DNA from: Takakia lepidozioides
Lineage: Eukaryota; Plantae; Bryophyta
Direction of reading: 5' to 3'
NCBI GenBank assembly: GCA_030704615.1
Contig: CM060734.1
Span: 12,028,001 to 12,092,000, forward strand
Length of the DNA: 64,000 bases
In this document: positions 35,364-49,750 of the stretch, piece by piece
Layout of the letters: each line of letters starts with the position of its first letter
Position numbering within the stretch: the first letter of the stretch is position 1
Notes under the pieces: model-generated
The model's input: the letters and a program-made list of their open reading frames with translations, nothing else
Told to the model about the DNA's origin: nothing
Databases searched by the model: none
Position numbers and translations under genes: made by a program

Positions 35364-37490
35364 TCAAATTCGGACCAAACACAAATTTTTAATGAAAAAT
35401 AAAATAAAAATAAAAAATAAAAATCTTCGCTCAATATTGCAAAACTCTCTATGAAGAGTGCATGAAGTTGGAGACAAATCCACTTTGGAGTGCAAATGAA
35501 GCGCAAAAATCATGGTTTTGGGTCCAAATGACTTTTGATTGCTCTCAAATTTTTGCACGCACATTACATATGCTGTTGCTAAGCCAGTGGTTCAAGAATG
35601 GAGCAAAAAACAAAGCATGAGCAGGCGAAACACAGGTCTCAAGATGAAACAAAATTCATTCAATGGGACAACGGATGGTTGGCCATCTGAATGATTTTTG
35701 TTTGTTTTCAAACTTTGTCAGTATGTTCGGTATGCCATCTCACAGGTCCCGGACGAGTATGACATCAATCGAAATTTGTTCAATGGCCCAAATGACAATT
35801 GCCCATCCAGATGAGTTTGGTTTGTTTTCAAACTTTGCCAATATGTTCAACATACCATAAGACGGGTCCCAGTGTAATATGAGATGAAACGAAATTCGTT
35901 CGATGGGCCAACAGACATCAAAATGACTTTCGTTCGCTTCGAAACTTCCGCAGCATCTTCAGTATACCGTCTCACAGGTCCCTGAGTAATATGAGATGAA
36001 ATGAAATTGGTTGAATGGGCCAACGGCGCGTTCACGTGTCATACAGTTTTGCTCTATTGCGAAAAAGAAATCCTCTCATGGGTGAACGGCTGTTGCATCC
36101 ATTGAACGAATGTGGTTCACCCTCAACTTTAGACCACATGTGCTTGAATATATGTACAGCACATGCGCAGAGATTCAACAGAAAAAAAGAAAACATTTGC
36201 CTCCCCAACGACGCAATCCCTTTACAACCATTTTTGAATTAAATCGGTTTGAATGAATTTTAATTCAATAATTAGATTTAGAATGTCTACAATTGCGGGT
36301 TTCTGCTACGCAATGATTTTATTTCTGGGTCATTTTTGTAATATGAGATCAAACGAAATTCATTCGATGGGCCAACAGATGATTGCCCATCCAAATGATT
36401 TTTGTTTGTTTTGAAACTTTGGCAGTATGTTCAATGCACTGTCTCACAGCTCCCGGACTAATATGAGATCAATCGAAATTCATTCAATGGCCCAACGGAT
36501 GGTTGCCCATCCAAATGATTGTTGTTTGCTTTGAAACTTTGGCAGTATGTTCAGTATACCATTCAATAGGTCCCAGAGTAATATGAGATCAAACGGAATT
36601 AGTTCAATGGGTCAACGGATGGTTACCCATCCAAATGTTGTTTGCTTTGAAACTTTGGCAGTATGTTCAGTATATTGTTTCACAAGTCCCGGACTGATAC
36701 TAGGTCAATCAAAATTCATTCAATGGGCCAAGGACACGTTCACCTGTCATCCAATTTTGTTCATAGGGAATAAAAAATCCTCTCATGGGTGAGCGACTAT
36801 TGCACCCATTGAACGGATGTGGTTCAAGCTCAACTTTAGCCTACATGTGCTTGAATGTGTATGCAACACCTGTACAGGGATTCAACCAAAAAAAAAAACA
36901 CTTCCCTCCCCAACGATGCTCTCACCCTTCAACCAATTTTGAATTAAATCGAATTTAAATTAATTTTAAGTAAATAATTAGACCGAGAATGTCTATGATT
37001 GCGGGTTTCTACTACGTAATGATTTTGTTTTTGGCTCAATTTTGTTCTGTAAATTCAACCCTCGCACCACTACATCCCTGTAAAACTTTGGATCCAAAAA
37101 AATAAAAATAAAATAATCTTCGCTCATTATTGTAGTGAAAAGTGCATGAAGTTAAAGACAAATGGACTTTGGAGTGCAAATGAGGGAAGAAAAATGTGGT
37201 TTTGGGTCCAAATGACTTTTGTTCACTCCAGATTTTGTACGCACATTGCATATGCAGTCGTTAAGCATATGGTTCAAGAATGGAATTAAAAAAAAATCAT
37301 GTGTAGACGAAACGCAGTCCAATAGGTCCCACAGTAATACGAGATCAAACGAAATTCATTCGATGGGCCAACGGATGGTTGCCCATCCAAACCATTTTTG
37401 TTTGCTTTGAAACTTTGGCAGTATGTTTAGTATATTGTCTCACAGGTCTCGGACTGGTATGAGGTCAATTGAAATTCATTCAATGGGCCA
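35364..37490 (-). repeat. Diverged reverse-orientation copy of the 21480-23455 complex repeat family
   Basis: AACGGATGGTTGCCCATCCAAATGATT repeats are the reverse complement of the 21.5-kb motif; the shared TTTGGACCCAAAACC...TTTGCACTCCAAA block is also present. Confidence 0.85.
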
Positions 37491-38322
37491 GCGTTCATGT
37501 AGTCGTTGACTCGTGCCCCATCCACATGAATTTTTTTTGTGGTTTGAAAACTTTGTGGGTATGTGGTTCATACCTATGTGGTTCACATCCTTGTACGCCG
37601 CATTCATTTGGCGATGACATAATATAACATCTTCTATTTCCAACAACAACAAATGTCTCCCAATCGGTTGTCGGTCATATAATTTGTTCTGTTGCGGCAC
37701 CCATGGAACCTCTGGGAGTCGGAAAAACCTCCCCCTGGCCTCACTCCAATGCCCTCCCAAATTACAGCAAAATTGCTCTCTCTCTCTCCCACCAATCGAT
37801 TATGCCTCCCGCACGTATCGTTATCTCCCAGTCAGATGTGACTCATACATATTGGGGTGATGTACTATTGTATTCCAGTTTGCGGCATGTATGTTATGCA
37901 TTCCTCTGCCTGCATCCCACAACGAGTTTTTGCCCCAATGCACACAATTGAGAAATGAAAATGGTAACCCATCCAATGGGAGGTTGTGCCGATTGTATTC
38001 ATAACCTATCGGCATAAGATCCTCCAAGCCCACCAGCTCATAGAAACGGCAATGGATTGCTGCACAACATTCTGGGCAAGCGCTTTCCAAATTGCACGTG
38101 CTCGGACTTCGACAACACGATAAACAGCTCCATTGGAAAGAGAGGAAAATTTGTCCCATGCAAACATCTTTACTACATCTACATTCACAGGATGTGATCC
38201 TCAACGCAACACGTGCATTCACCAATGCACAATGGGTCCCAGTGATGTTCAGACACTTCTCCAGCGAGATAGGATAGTTCAAATCTGAGGCGCTGCATTA
38301 CACGCCATCTTATGTAGGAGGA

Positions 38323-41300
38323 GTGAGACCCTATGCCCTAGCAATGTCCCCGACACCCATAGTAGCGCCAACGGTGCCGCAATATACAAATGCTGTTCCT
38401 ACCAACTCACAGGCAGATTCAAGCGGTCAATCCTATTCGCGAGTGGGCCATCTAGAGGCACAAGTCACTTCTCTCATCAAGACCATTGAAACAATGGGCG
38501 ACCGCATGAGCTCAATCGGTGAGCAGATTACCAGCTATGTGGGGTACCGAGATGCGGCCCCAGTTAGAGAGTCCGGCCCCAACCCGGCCAAGGTATGGTG
38601 TTCCAATTGCAACAACTCGGGACATGTGTCTCAACACTGTCATTATCCCGTTCGGGAAAGGCAGGTCAGCCGGAACCCAACTTATCAAGATAGGCCAAAA
38701 ATGCAATTCAATCAATCTCGTAGAGGATGTCAAAAATGCAGAAGAACCACTCACCCAACTGAAAATTGTTGGAGTGACATTGTGTGTTTACACTGCGGCC
38801 AACGAGGTCACCCCTTGGACAATTGTCCCCATAGACAAGTGGACCAGCCTATGCCGGCCACCATTCAACAAGTAGAGAGGAATTTGGAAGGGCAGCGAGC
38901 ACCCTTCCCGGATCAGTATACCACTGAACCACCCAACCCTCTACCACAACAGCATAGCATGTATTTTGCTACTCCAACGCAAGTAGCGCAATGGCCTAGA
39001 TCAGATCAGGCAGGCCCATCATATTCTAGGGCAATGCAGCTATGGGACAGAATGCCCGGGCAGCCTCAAATCTTGCGGCTCAGATAGCCCAGGGTTCTTC
39101 TAATACGTGGTCTCCCCCTCAGGATGTAAGGGTGCAGGGAGGGCAGCAGCCGTCCACTTCGACGCCATCCCAGCAGCAGGCCAGTATGCATCCCGGTCAG
39201 TCGTCCCGTCAACAGGAGACGCAAAAGTCAATTGGATTTCAAATGAGCTCGGCACCACTCAAACTACGCAGGCTAGCCCAGAGGAAGGTAGCTATGCAGT
39301 AATGACCCGACAGCAACGAGATACGCTAGGGAAAGACCCTAGGTATGTGGTGTCGGAGTCAGCCACATCGGCATCAGAACAGGAAGATCTGAACTTTAAA
39401 GTCATGAAGTCGGACGCACGGAAGATGGCGGAAACTGTACTCAGGGAGGAAGAGAATACCCATCCCAAAGAGAAGGAGGTAGCATTTGCAGAGACCGAAT
39501 CTCCAGCAGTCCGGCCAACCATTTCTCGGCCACTTTTGACATCCAGAACAAAGAGTCCGGCCAATCGACCAGTAGCACCAGCGAAGCTTCCCAAAAGGAG
39601 AACACACTCCACTATGCACTTCACCGATGAGTTGGAGCCATATAATCTAATGGAAGATTTGCGCCACATTCAGGCAAACATTATATTTGCCCAACTCATA
39701 GCACTGGCACCAACAGTTCGACATGCTCTCAAGGCATCCTTGGTGAGGAAGCGAGTAGGTACTTTTGCTCAGACCCACCACATTAACACCCATGTCGATC
39801 CGGGCCCAGTAGAAATAGAAGTGGAAATTGTCGACCGTCTGATACGACGTTGTTTAGTGGATGATGGGAGCTCAGTCAACATCATGCCACTCTCCACCTT
39901 GTCAAAGTTAGGATTGAACATGACAAGGGAGTCTCCATTAACTATCAGACTGGCTGACCAACGGAAGATCAGACCAGTGGGTCACTTAGCGAATGTTCGG
40001 CTAAAGACCGAAGGCTACACGTACGCGGTAGATTTCCAGATCATAGATTTCCCCATCGATGAGTATTCCTACGCACTCCTACTAGGGAGGCCATGGTTGG
40101 TCCAGTCCCGAGCTCAAACGGACTGGGGGGCAGGTACCATCACTTATGGGATAAAACCTTACACGACTACAGTCGCTTTTCTTTCGGGAGCGCCTCACCA
40201 TGAAACAGATGAGGATGAGCTCAACATGATTGGTTCTGAAGAGGAATCTGCGGACTTGAGTGAGGAGGACTGATGGACAGATAGAGAGATCCATCCAACG
40301 TCACATGCCCACCGAGTATTAGCAACCAGCACCGCGCCTCGCAGAGAGGTTAAACGAAGGAAGGTAGGACTAGAGGACACTGTCAAGTCCCTAGGTCCGG
40401 GTTTATATGAATGCGAGTCTGATGCAAACTGCATCGCCTGGTTGTTCAGAGAAAACCAAGGCAAGGAGGTGATGGTACACTCGGTATCAACCGAGGCACT
40501 TCCAGAGTTCGAATCACTAACCGAGCTCTTCTCGATATCCGCCGAACAGGTTGGTCTGCAGGAACCAGAGATTCCTCAGGAGGAGAACGACGAGATTATT
40601 GAAATGAGAATTGTAGAGGAGGCCGACCTAGAAAGGGATGTGATGAAACATAGTGCCCCCTACATTCCATATTTACAACAAGGGTCAAACGGATCAAGGT
40701 TTGAACCACGATCAACCTTCACAGCCGAGCCAACAACGCAATTGGTCGATATGGCGGTGGGAGGAGAGTCACCCAAGATGGTGAAGGTTGGATCCCATTT
40801 GACAGTAGAACAGGCGGCAGAGTACCAGGCCTTGTTCAAAGAATTTAGAGACATCTTTGCGTGGTCCCACACCGAGTTGAAAGGGGTGCCCTCTTATGTG
40901 GCCATGCACTCTATTCCCTTGATTCCGGGAGCTACACCACGACAACAGCGAGAAAGGAGGGTGAATCCCAATCTGGCTCTTCTCATCAAAGCAAAAATCA
41001 AAAAACTGCTAGCCGCTGAGTTTATCTTTCCAGTGGAGACATCAGTCTGGGTGTCCCCCATGGTGATTATTCGGAAAAAGAATGGAGGATTAAGGGTATG
41101 CGTAGACTTCCGCCCCCTTAACAAGGTAACGCACAAGGATCATTTTCCCTTGCCGTTTATAGACATATTAGTGGAAGAAGTAGCAGGGAAGGAACTCTAC
41201 TCTTTCATGGATGGATTCTCGGGCTACAATCAAGTGTTGATCGACCCGAAAGATGTGTTGAAGACCACATTCACCTCACCCTGGGGAACATTTGCCTACA

Positions 41301-43512
41301 CAAGGATGCCCTTTGGCTTGTGCAACGCACCCCTGACATTTCAGAGGGTCATGATGTATGCTTTCTCGGACATTGTGAGAAAGAATCTAGTCATTTTCTT
41401 AGATGACTTTTGTTGCAACGGGGATGCGAAGGATCACGTTGTGGCACTACAAAAATGCTTCACTCGGTGCAGAGAAAATGGGATATCTCTCAATCCAATG
41501 AAGTGCGTATTCGCAATCACACATGGACTGCTACTGGGACACATAGTGTCCAGAGACGGCGTGGCAACAGACCCGGCAAAAGTAAGCGCCATCGTCGAAC
41601 TTCCCGCACCAGAGACGTCATCCAAAGTGAAGGGATTACTTGGCCACACAGGGTGGTATAGGAAATTTATGGACAAGTATGCAACAGACGCATTACCTCT
41701 GACTCGACTATTGAAAAAGAACCAAGTATTCTCCTGGGATGCAGGGTGTCAGGAGTCTTTCGAAATGCTCAAGGAACGGTTGGTGTCTGCACCAGTCTTG
41801 GCAGCTCCGGATTGGAACACGCATTTTCATGTTTATGTTGATGCTTCAGCGGTGGCAGTAGGATGTGCCCTTTGCCAACCAGACGCTGATGGCCATGATC
41901 ATCCGATATCTTTCGCCAGTCGACAGCTGACATTCGCTGAAACTAAGTACAACACCACGGAGTGAGAGGCTCTGGGAATGATTTTTGCCGTAAAGAAGTA
42001 TCGGCATTATTTATTGGAGACCCCATTTACATTTTTTGTTGATCACATGGCATTGCGATACTTGATCAACAAACCTGACCTGACAGGGAGAATAGCAAGA
42101 TGGGTCATTTTACTTCAGGAATTCGACTACAAGGTAGTCTACAAACCGGGAAGGCTTAACGCCAGGCCGACCATCTCTCGCGATTGTCAGAGAAGATGGG
42201 GGACGAGCCCATTGACAATGATTTTCCGGATGCCTTCTTATTCTCGATTGAGACGGTTCCTCCTTGGTACGAGCACATTGCTCAGTATCTTAGCACCCTA
42301 GAATTTCCACCAGGATTGGATCGACACGCACGAAGACGACTTCGATTGCACAACATGAAGTTTGCCCTTGTGGGAGGGCAACTTTATAGGAGGGGATTGG
42401 ATGGACTCTTGAGGCGATGCGTCACTCCAGAGGAGGTTCCCCAGATTTTAGAGTAAGCTCATGACAGCATGTGTGGAGGACACTTTGCAGGGCGACTCAC
42501 GGTCCAAAAGGCTTTGAGGGCAAGATATTACTGGCCCTCCATGTTCAAAGATGCGCACATACATGTGCAAAAATGCGACTCTTGCCAGAGGTACGCTAAA
42601 AGGGATAACAGGCTTGGAATGCCGTTAGTTCCCACTCTCCCCCTTGCTCCGTTTGAGAAGTGGGGAATCGACTATGTAGGGGAAGTGCACCCCGCTGAAA
42701 GTCGACAAAATTGCTACATCATCGTAGCCACTGAGTATCTGACCAAGTGGGCAGAGGCCAAGGCGGTCAAGAGGGCCAACGCCCAGGTAACCGCCTCTTT
42801 CATTTATGAATATATTATTTCCCGATTCGGGTGCCCCAAAGAGATAGTGAGTGACAGGGGCTCTCACTTTATTAACGACATCATCGAAGAAATGATGGCA
42901 GCATTCTCCATCAAGCATCGCAAGGCTACCCCCTATCACCCTCAGACAAGTGGTCAAGTAGAGCGCGCCAATCAGACCTTGTGTAACATCCTCTCCAAAA
43001 CAATTAGGGAGCACAAGCGGGACTGGGACACCAAGTTGATCTCAGCTTCGTGGGCGTTTCGCACTACACATAAGGTAACCACTCGACACACCCCCTTTTC
43101 ATTGGTTTACGGGGTGGAGTCCATTATGCCCATCGAAACAGAGATTCCCTCATTGCGACTGGCCATCACCGAGAGATTGGCAACATCCGAGTCCCTGAAA
43201 GAATGACCCGAGATGCTGGAGGGGTTAGACGAGCTTTGGCAGGCAACAGCTCAACACATTGAGGCCGTCCAGCGAAGGAGGAAGGCTCGGTTTGACCTGA
43301 AGCGCAAAAAGAGGATTTTTGATCCAGGAGATCTGGTATTATTGTTTGACAGTTGGAACGAGGAATTCAAGGCCAAGTTCGACTCATACTGGATGGGGCC
43401 CTATCTTGTCAAGACAGTCTTTGACAACGGCTCATTACAATTGGAGACACTGAGGGGAGTGGAGTTCCCCAATGTGGTGAACGGTGTCCGGTGCAAGCAC
43501 TACTACATGTGA
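38323..43512 (+). pseudogene. gag-pol of the above element (stops at ~41963, 42454, 43204; frameshifts)
   Basis: ORF track segments 38323-39087, 39107-40273, 40442-41965, 41978-42456 and 42469-43512 form one colinear polyprotein. Confidence 0.9.
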
Positions 43513-46500
43513 GTTCCTTTAACCAATGAATTATCCCCCCCCCATTAAGGGAAAGGTGCTAAGGGAGATCTTAGTGGCCTTTGCCCTGTCGGGAGAGATC
43601 TTTAGGATTTCTACCTGGTTGTTCGGAAGGAAATGTTGGTATTTCCTATCCATGATTCATTGGATATTGGAGCTCCATAATAGGTGGAGTGTGGGGCAAC
43701 TAAGTTGCAATCATCCAATGAAACTTCTCCACTGGGAAGAGGTCAATATGACTCTTACCCGTTAGGTTGTTGTACACCCTTTATTGGAATTCCAAAGGTA
43801 GACCTTGGGATGCGGGGCAACGTCGTTGCAGTAAAGAGGTGATTTGTTCTCCACTTATGTTTTGGGTAGTTATTGGAATTCACAAGGAAAGACCTTGGGA
43901 TGCGGGGCACATATAGTGCAATAATCTAACCCACGTTGTAGAATTAGAAATTTGTTGATATGGCATAAGCTATGAAAGCTATGACCATCCAATTGCCAAT
44001 GTAGAAGACTTCATACATCTTCGTTACTAATCACATGTTGTGAGTTTCTCTATTTTTCTTCTTCACCAAGTGAAGAACCACAGGTGTAGGAATGGGAACA
44101 ATGGGATGGCTAATATATGCACTCTTGTTCAAGGCACACTGTCGATCATTACTTGTCTTTTTATCACAGAATATATTTGTGTTTGCTCAAAGCATATCTC
44201 GAAAAAAAAGTAAGTGCTTGCTGCATCAAGCACTCCACAGTATACTGATGCTCCCTACATGGGGCACAGCGACTTCCCGCACGGGGATTCTAACCTTAAA
44301 CCTTTTGTCATTTTCACCTTGCCCCGCTGCAGCATTCCTTGAAGAGAGAGAAAAGTCAGAAGCAGTGAGGGGGTAAAAGGTGAGTTGTACAACAGTGGTT
44401 GCTGCTCCCCTCACATGAGTGAAGGATGTTCGGCACAGGAAAACCCAGAAGGGCCTGTGACCTTTTAGCATTAGGATTAGCATATGTTGGTTCGTCTATT
44501 ACTAGAGTGTGGTCCTCTGAGGTTCAGAAAGTATCCTATCTTTTTAGGTGTCTCACCATGAACTCTGCGATCCTACGAGTCATGAGGATAGTTACCAGAG
44601 TGTGGTCCTCTGAGGTTCAGAATGTATCCAATCTTTTCCATTGACGCGAGAGCTGCTCTTTAGCCCTCCCAGATGCTTCCTGTTTAGGGGCATTTAGGCC
44701 CGTCCGAGCTCGAGTCGAGGCCCTAGCATTTTACAATGAGCTGTGCAAATCCAGGAGAGGTTGCAAGCCATATCAGTAGTAGTATAGAACCAAAGTCCTT
44801 CCAAGGCTGTGTTAGAATAGGATTATCAAATTGCACCGTGCATATCTCTCTTGCATCATCTAGGGGATTCGAACCCAGTCCGGTGGGGGAGAATGGCGGT
44901 TTTGAAGTATTTTTTATCTGGGAACTCCAACTCTCTCTGAAGAGGGCGAGTCGGGTGGTTTTGAAGTATTTTTTGGCTTTTTTCTTTTATTTTTCTCTCC
45001 TCTCTCCCGGAAGACTTGAACTCTCTCCGAAGAGGGAGAGCCGAAGGGAATTTACTCTTCATCTTTTTCATGGCACTTAAGAGAGTCGTTGACTCCAAGG
45101 AATATCAGTGATACCCTAATAGGGGGATTGTGCGAACCAGAGATTTTGAGTTCTTTTACACTCGGGGCGAGTATTCCCCATTGGTCACCATATATGTAGA
45201 TGCATATATTGGTACATATTTATTTTCAAATCGTTTTTGATCTTAAGGCAGACAGTATGCATTGTATTGCCAAAGCAGGGCAATTTGCGAGTTATCTGGC
45301 AATCGCTGGTAAAGCACGTAGGAATTTAGATTATGTCTCAGATGACCATGGAGGAGCTCTGGCAGCTGCATCGACGGCGAGTTAGGCTGCCAATTCGGTA
45401 CCAGTAACGACAACATACACCTGTTCGAAACAATACATGGCGACTGTTCCAGTCCCGGATTGCGATCTCTCTATTCTCCCGCCTTTCAAGTCCAGTAGGA
45501 GCATGCGGCGAGGAGTCTTGGCAATTAGAGGAAACAATCTGTACAACGATGAAATATCGCGACAAAGCAAGTGCTGCATCGGAGCAAACGACGGATGAAG
45601 GAGCTTCCCGGCAAAGTTTTGAACTCCTCAGCGATGCAAAGTGTGTAGGAGGAGACTCCAGATGATCTGTGTCCCAGTGACAGGGCCAAAGACCCCCTGG
45701 GGACACCACCAGTATTTTTACTGCCAGGAAGCAGCAGACTGCCTATATGGCGAAACCATAGAAACCAACCAAAGATGTGGCTTTACTTCCCCGATTCCCT
45801 TGAGATTTTGTGGACAGCTACAAGCCATCTAATTATAATTTTTCACCAAGTTTGAGGATTTTTGGAGGTGATGAGAGACGGCATCAAATTATCACGCCAG
45901 AGGCAGTTGCGAAAGGCGATTAAATGGAATTCTAGATCATCCAATGGATGAAAACTGGAAATTCGACCTGCAAGTGGAGGGATGAGAAGACAACCTAGCG
46001 TCAACTGGTTATCCATTGGATGGATGAAAAACCAGATTTATCATTAACACCAAGGTTTTCCATCCATGGTTATTATTTTATGGTGTTCTATTGTTTTTAA
46101 ATTATAGATTCATTTAGGAAATAATAGTTTAAGTCTATCCTTCACTAGTTTAAGAGGCCCCAAAAACACAATAAAAGAAGAGCAGGCTCCTCTTGTTCTT
46201 CAATCTAGTCTCATTTCCTTGTTTTGGCCTCTTGCTTGTGTAGTTAGTTTTGAGCTTGAGGGAGCTAGTTCCTAGAGAGTTGAGCTTGTGGCTCTCTAGT
46301 ATTAGAAGCAAGCATAGTGAGAGCAGGATAGTCCTAGCTCAAGGCCTTGTGGCCATTTGAGGCAAGAAGTAGAGGAAGCGCTCTATGAAGTGGGAGACTT
46401 GAGGACGAGTAGGAGTGCCGGAGGAGGACCAAGCTTGAGTACCATTCTACCGAGCGATTTAGTGCATCCCAAGCACCACTTGTTTCAGAGGGTGACTTAC

Positions 46501-46980
46501 CATACATTCTTGACCTTTGAATTCATTTATTTCATTTATTGTTCAAGCTTTGTCCAAGAAGGGACCTTATAAGCATTGTTTGCTAAAAATCTATAAAAAC
46601 TAACCCTCTTTCAAAGAGGATGTGTGTGCATCTCTATGTACATGTGTGAAGAGCACAGGTGTGAAGCCCCAGGAGGCAGGGCCTTAGGAATCTAACCCAA
46701 TTACGTCATGGAAGTGAGGGTAGATGTCCATTATTATGTTTAAGGAGAGGGCGAGCTTGCATGAAGTGGCGAAGCTCTTGTCAAATTTCCCTTCCTAGCT
46801 TAGTGGCAACGGCCATATTGCATGAGACAGCGAAACTATCGCCAAAATTTCATATTATTAAGTTCATATCTATGATTCATAAGTCCCCTGGCCATAGAGG
46901 ACCATGGGAGGCGTTGCTAACTAGCTTTATAAGTGGTTAAGCTATTTTGTAGAGGGCTGCCAAAAAGGCAGAGCCCAGCA
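38323..46980 (+). mobile_element. 5'-truncated non-chromovirus Ty3/Gypsy element with 3' LTR
   Basis: Gag with three CCHC knuckles, protease LVDDGSSVNIM, RT (MDGFSGYNQ, MPFGLCNAP, FLDD), RNase H YVDASAVAVG, integrase WGIDYVG/SDRGSHF ending at 43512; PPT AATAGGGGGA at ~45118 followed by TG at 45129. LTR end (~46980) is uncertain. Confidence 0.88.
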
Positions 46981-48159
46981 CTTAAGTGTCGGCGCCCTTA
47001 GGGGCCTTTGGGTTGGAGGTCAACCAAGGAGGTTGCCTAGAATCGCCATGGAGAGGCGCATCTAACACGGGTGGCGCGGCCTTCCCCCGTGGGGGGAGTT
47101 GACCCCTGGAGCAAAGTACGGATTGCTGGTACACTGCGTGGCAGCACCAGGCGCCATAGCTGGGCCCGCGCAGGTACGACACGAGCGGCAGAGACGACGG
47201 AGCCTGCCTATTACCCATTGGACCCGCGCCGGCGGCGGGCCAGTCACGCCGCGCCACGTAGCGCTGGCCGCGGGGTATCGGTTTTAACCGCTGGATATTA
47301 CGACGGACCCCGCCAGGGACTGTTGGTCCCTCGGACGGGTATTTTAAGGGGATTTTCTCCCTATGCCTTTGATTTCTTGTGCACTATTCATGGTGTTCTT
47401 CTTGCATAGGAATGAGGGCGTGTTTTAGCAAAAGATAAGAAATGGTTGGAACCATTTGATAGGCCCCAGTGAGGCCATCAGTTTGATATGTATTCCGGGG
47501 TTTGTGAAAGCACGGCTCACGGGTGGATGCCACAGGCAGAGAGAGAGAGCCCAAAGACAAGGGGGAGAGAATCCCTGGTGGGGGTTTCACAAGGTAGAAG
47601 ATGACATGTTTCAACTTCGTTCTAGGGCTGGTTGCCTGCATAAATTAATCAGATTATATTGGAAGTAGGTGGAAGAGGCGCAGGGAATGGACCTTGGGAC
47701 CCACTGAATGTTTAATCATTGTTTACACACCAGGGTGGCGAGCAGATGAGAAACTGATGGGCGGCAGATTTCATTCATCCTGGCCCGGTGATGGTTTAAG
47801 TTGCTAATGCATTCTTGAGTGGTTTGGTATAGGAATTTAGGGGCGCTCCCAAGTGGAGAGCGGTTCCCCAATGCTCCCGACATAAAGGGCGTTCCCAGGG
47901 CGTTCCCCTGGTACCTTGAGGGTAATTTAGTTAGCTCCAGCACCCTACGATGATTCTCTATTTCTACGAATTTCATGCATTTGTAGGAATATTTTAATGA
48001 TTTGTTCTTTATTATTTAGCAAGGTAATTCACCTTTATTAAGGGATTTTATCCGGACCCCCTTAACTTAAAAACAGAAGTTTTAATGGCGGTATCGCCTC
48101 CCTTCCGCCGAGGACATTTGAAGTCAAGTACCTCGCCGCTGGGGGGGGGGTGGTGGGCA

Positions 48160-49340
48160 AGGAGCTCATATGAGGGAGAGTGTTTAGCTGCAGTGTAGGC
48201 CATGACACACTTCAGGTGCTATTTATACAACAATCTCTTCACCCTTGTCATGGATCACCAGCCACTCAAGTGGTTGATAGAGTCAGACAAGCTTATAGGG
48301 AAGCTTGCACGGTGGGCACTCATACTCCAGGAGTATGATTTTTAGGTGGTGCATCGACCGGGTTTGGTCAATCGGGATGCGGATGGATTGAGTCGCAATC
48401 CATGCACGAGCCAGCATGATGACACTGGAGCTCGGTGGCATGGTGAGACGGACGAGGAGATGGTGTCGGGATGGCACGCATCTGCATTTCTGTGTATCTT
48501 GGCAGCGGGAGGCTAGATTGGACCTACAACAGGGATGACTGTAGACGGAGTGTCTGAGGACCCTGAGGCTAGTGACGAGCCAGGTGGTGCCAGAGATATA
48601 CATGAGGATTTGGCTGTATTGGACTATCTTCGCACTGGGGACACGACAACCACTGTGACTGCCAAGGAGAGGGATCGAATTCTGCAACGAGCCCAGGGGA
48701 TACACCTGTTCCGAGTGTGGGATGATGGTCGGGTGAGAATCATGCATCACCCAACACAACGTGCACGGTTAGTGCGGCATGCCCATGAGGAGTTGGGGCA
48801 TTTTGGGGTGCGACGCACTCACAGATTACTGCAGGGGCAGTATTGGTGGCGTAGTATGCATACAGAGGTGCAACAGTTTGTGGCTAGGTGCATGGTGTGT
48901 GACAAGTATGGCTTGCAGAAGGGATACCTAGGAGTTTGGGATCTTCAGGTACCTTGGTTAGCCATGGGCTACAGGTTCAGCAAGTAAGCATCACTTGCCT
49001 CTTTCTCACCATATTTCCTTCTCTTTGGCCGAGAGTTAGATGTCTGCAGCCATTTGTAGGGGACGCTACTCAAGTCCTTGACCTTGACGATCCGGACATG
49101 TGGATACGTGCATGTGATTAGCGTGCAGAGTTGTTCAAGAAAGTCATGCCCATGGCTTTTGAGAACCTTGCCATTGTGCAGCACCGTGATATGTTGAGGT
49201 ATGCCACTATACGTGGTGGAGGATATCGTCCTGGGGTTAAGAGGTTTAGCCCTGGTGACTATGTTTATTTGCAGCAGACTGCTCCTACGACCTTGGATGT
49301 TACTGCGGGGCATGTTATCCTGAGGGTTCGAGAGGTGTTG
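48160..49340 (+). mobile_element. Gypsy RNase H/integrase fragment, same family as 23456-24710, integrase core deleted
   Basis: SSYEGECLAAV...DHQPLKWL...LARWALILQEYDF; 48470-49310 closely matches 23456-24710 except for the deletions. Confidence 0.88.
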
Positions 49341-49429
49341 CAGCGCGGCCAGCCCCCCGTTGCTGCAAATTGCTTGATAGAGATGGTGAGGGAGAGAGAG
49401 AGGGTGACTGCATCACCAAAAATAAAACA

Positions 49430-49750
49430 GTGTTTCGCCCAATGACCCGTTTTTCCACATCTATTGCAGTTGTAGGGCAACATCTTCTTCTGCGACCTTG
49501 TACCGCCTCCAAAGCTGCGATCTCCTTCCCTCTGGTGGAATTTCTTGAATTTCACACAATTTCACTCATAAGGCCTCATCTTTGTTGTTCAATGACTTCT
49601 TGTTGATGTTTTTGAGCTCTCGCCGGTTCTCCTCATGCAGCAACATACCTGTCAATTCTTCAAGAGAAGGCATCTCCCTCTGAGTCATAATAGCTTGTGT
49701 GTAATGATCATACGAATCAGGCAAGGCATTCAAGACCATCTCTACGAGAT
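49430..49750 (-). mobile_element. Ty1/Copia gag fragment
   Basis: VLNALPDSYDHY...LEELTGMLLHEE (UBN2-type gag) followed by a CNRCGKTGHWAKHC knuckle; flanked by copies of the 120-bp satellite. Confidence 0.75.

Noticed and set aside
37500-38290. 5' LTR of the 38.3-47 kb element
   Set aside because: No similarity to the sequence starting at 45129 and no PBS; it is an unidentified fragment abutting a truncated gag.
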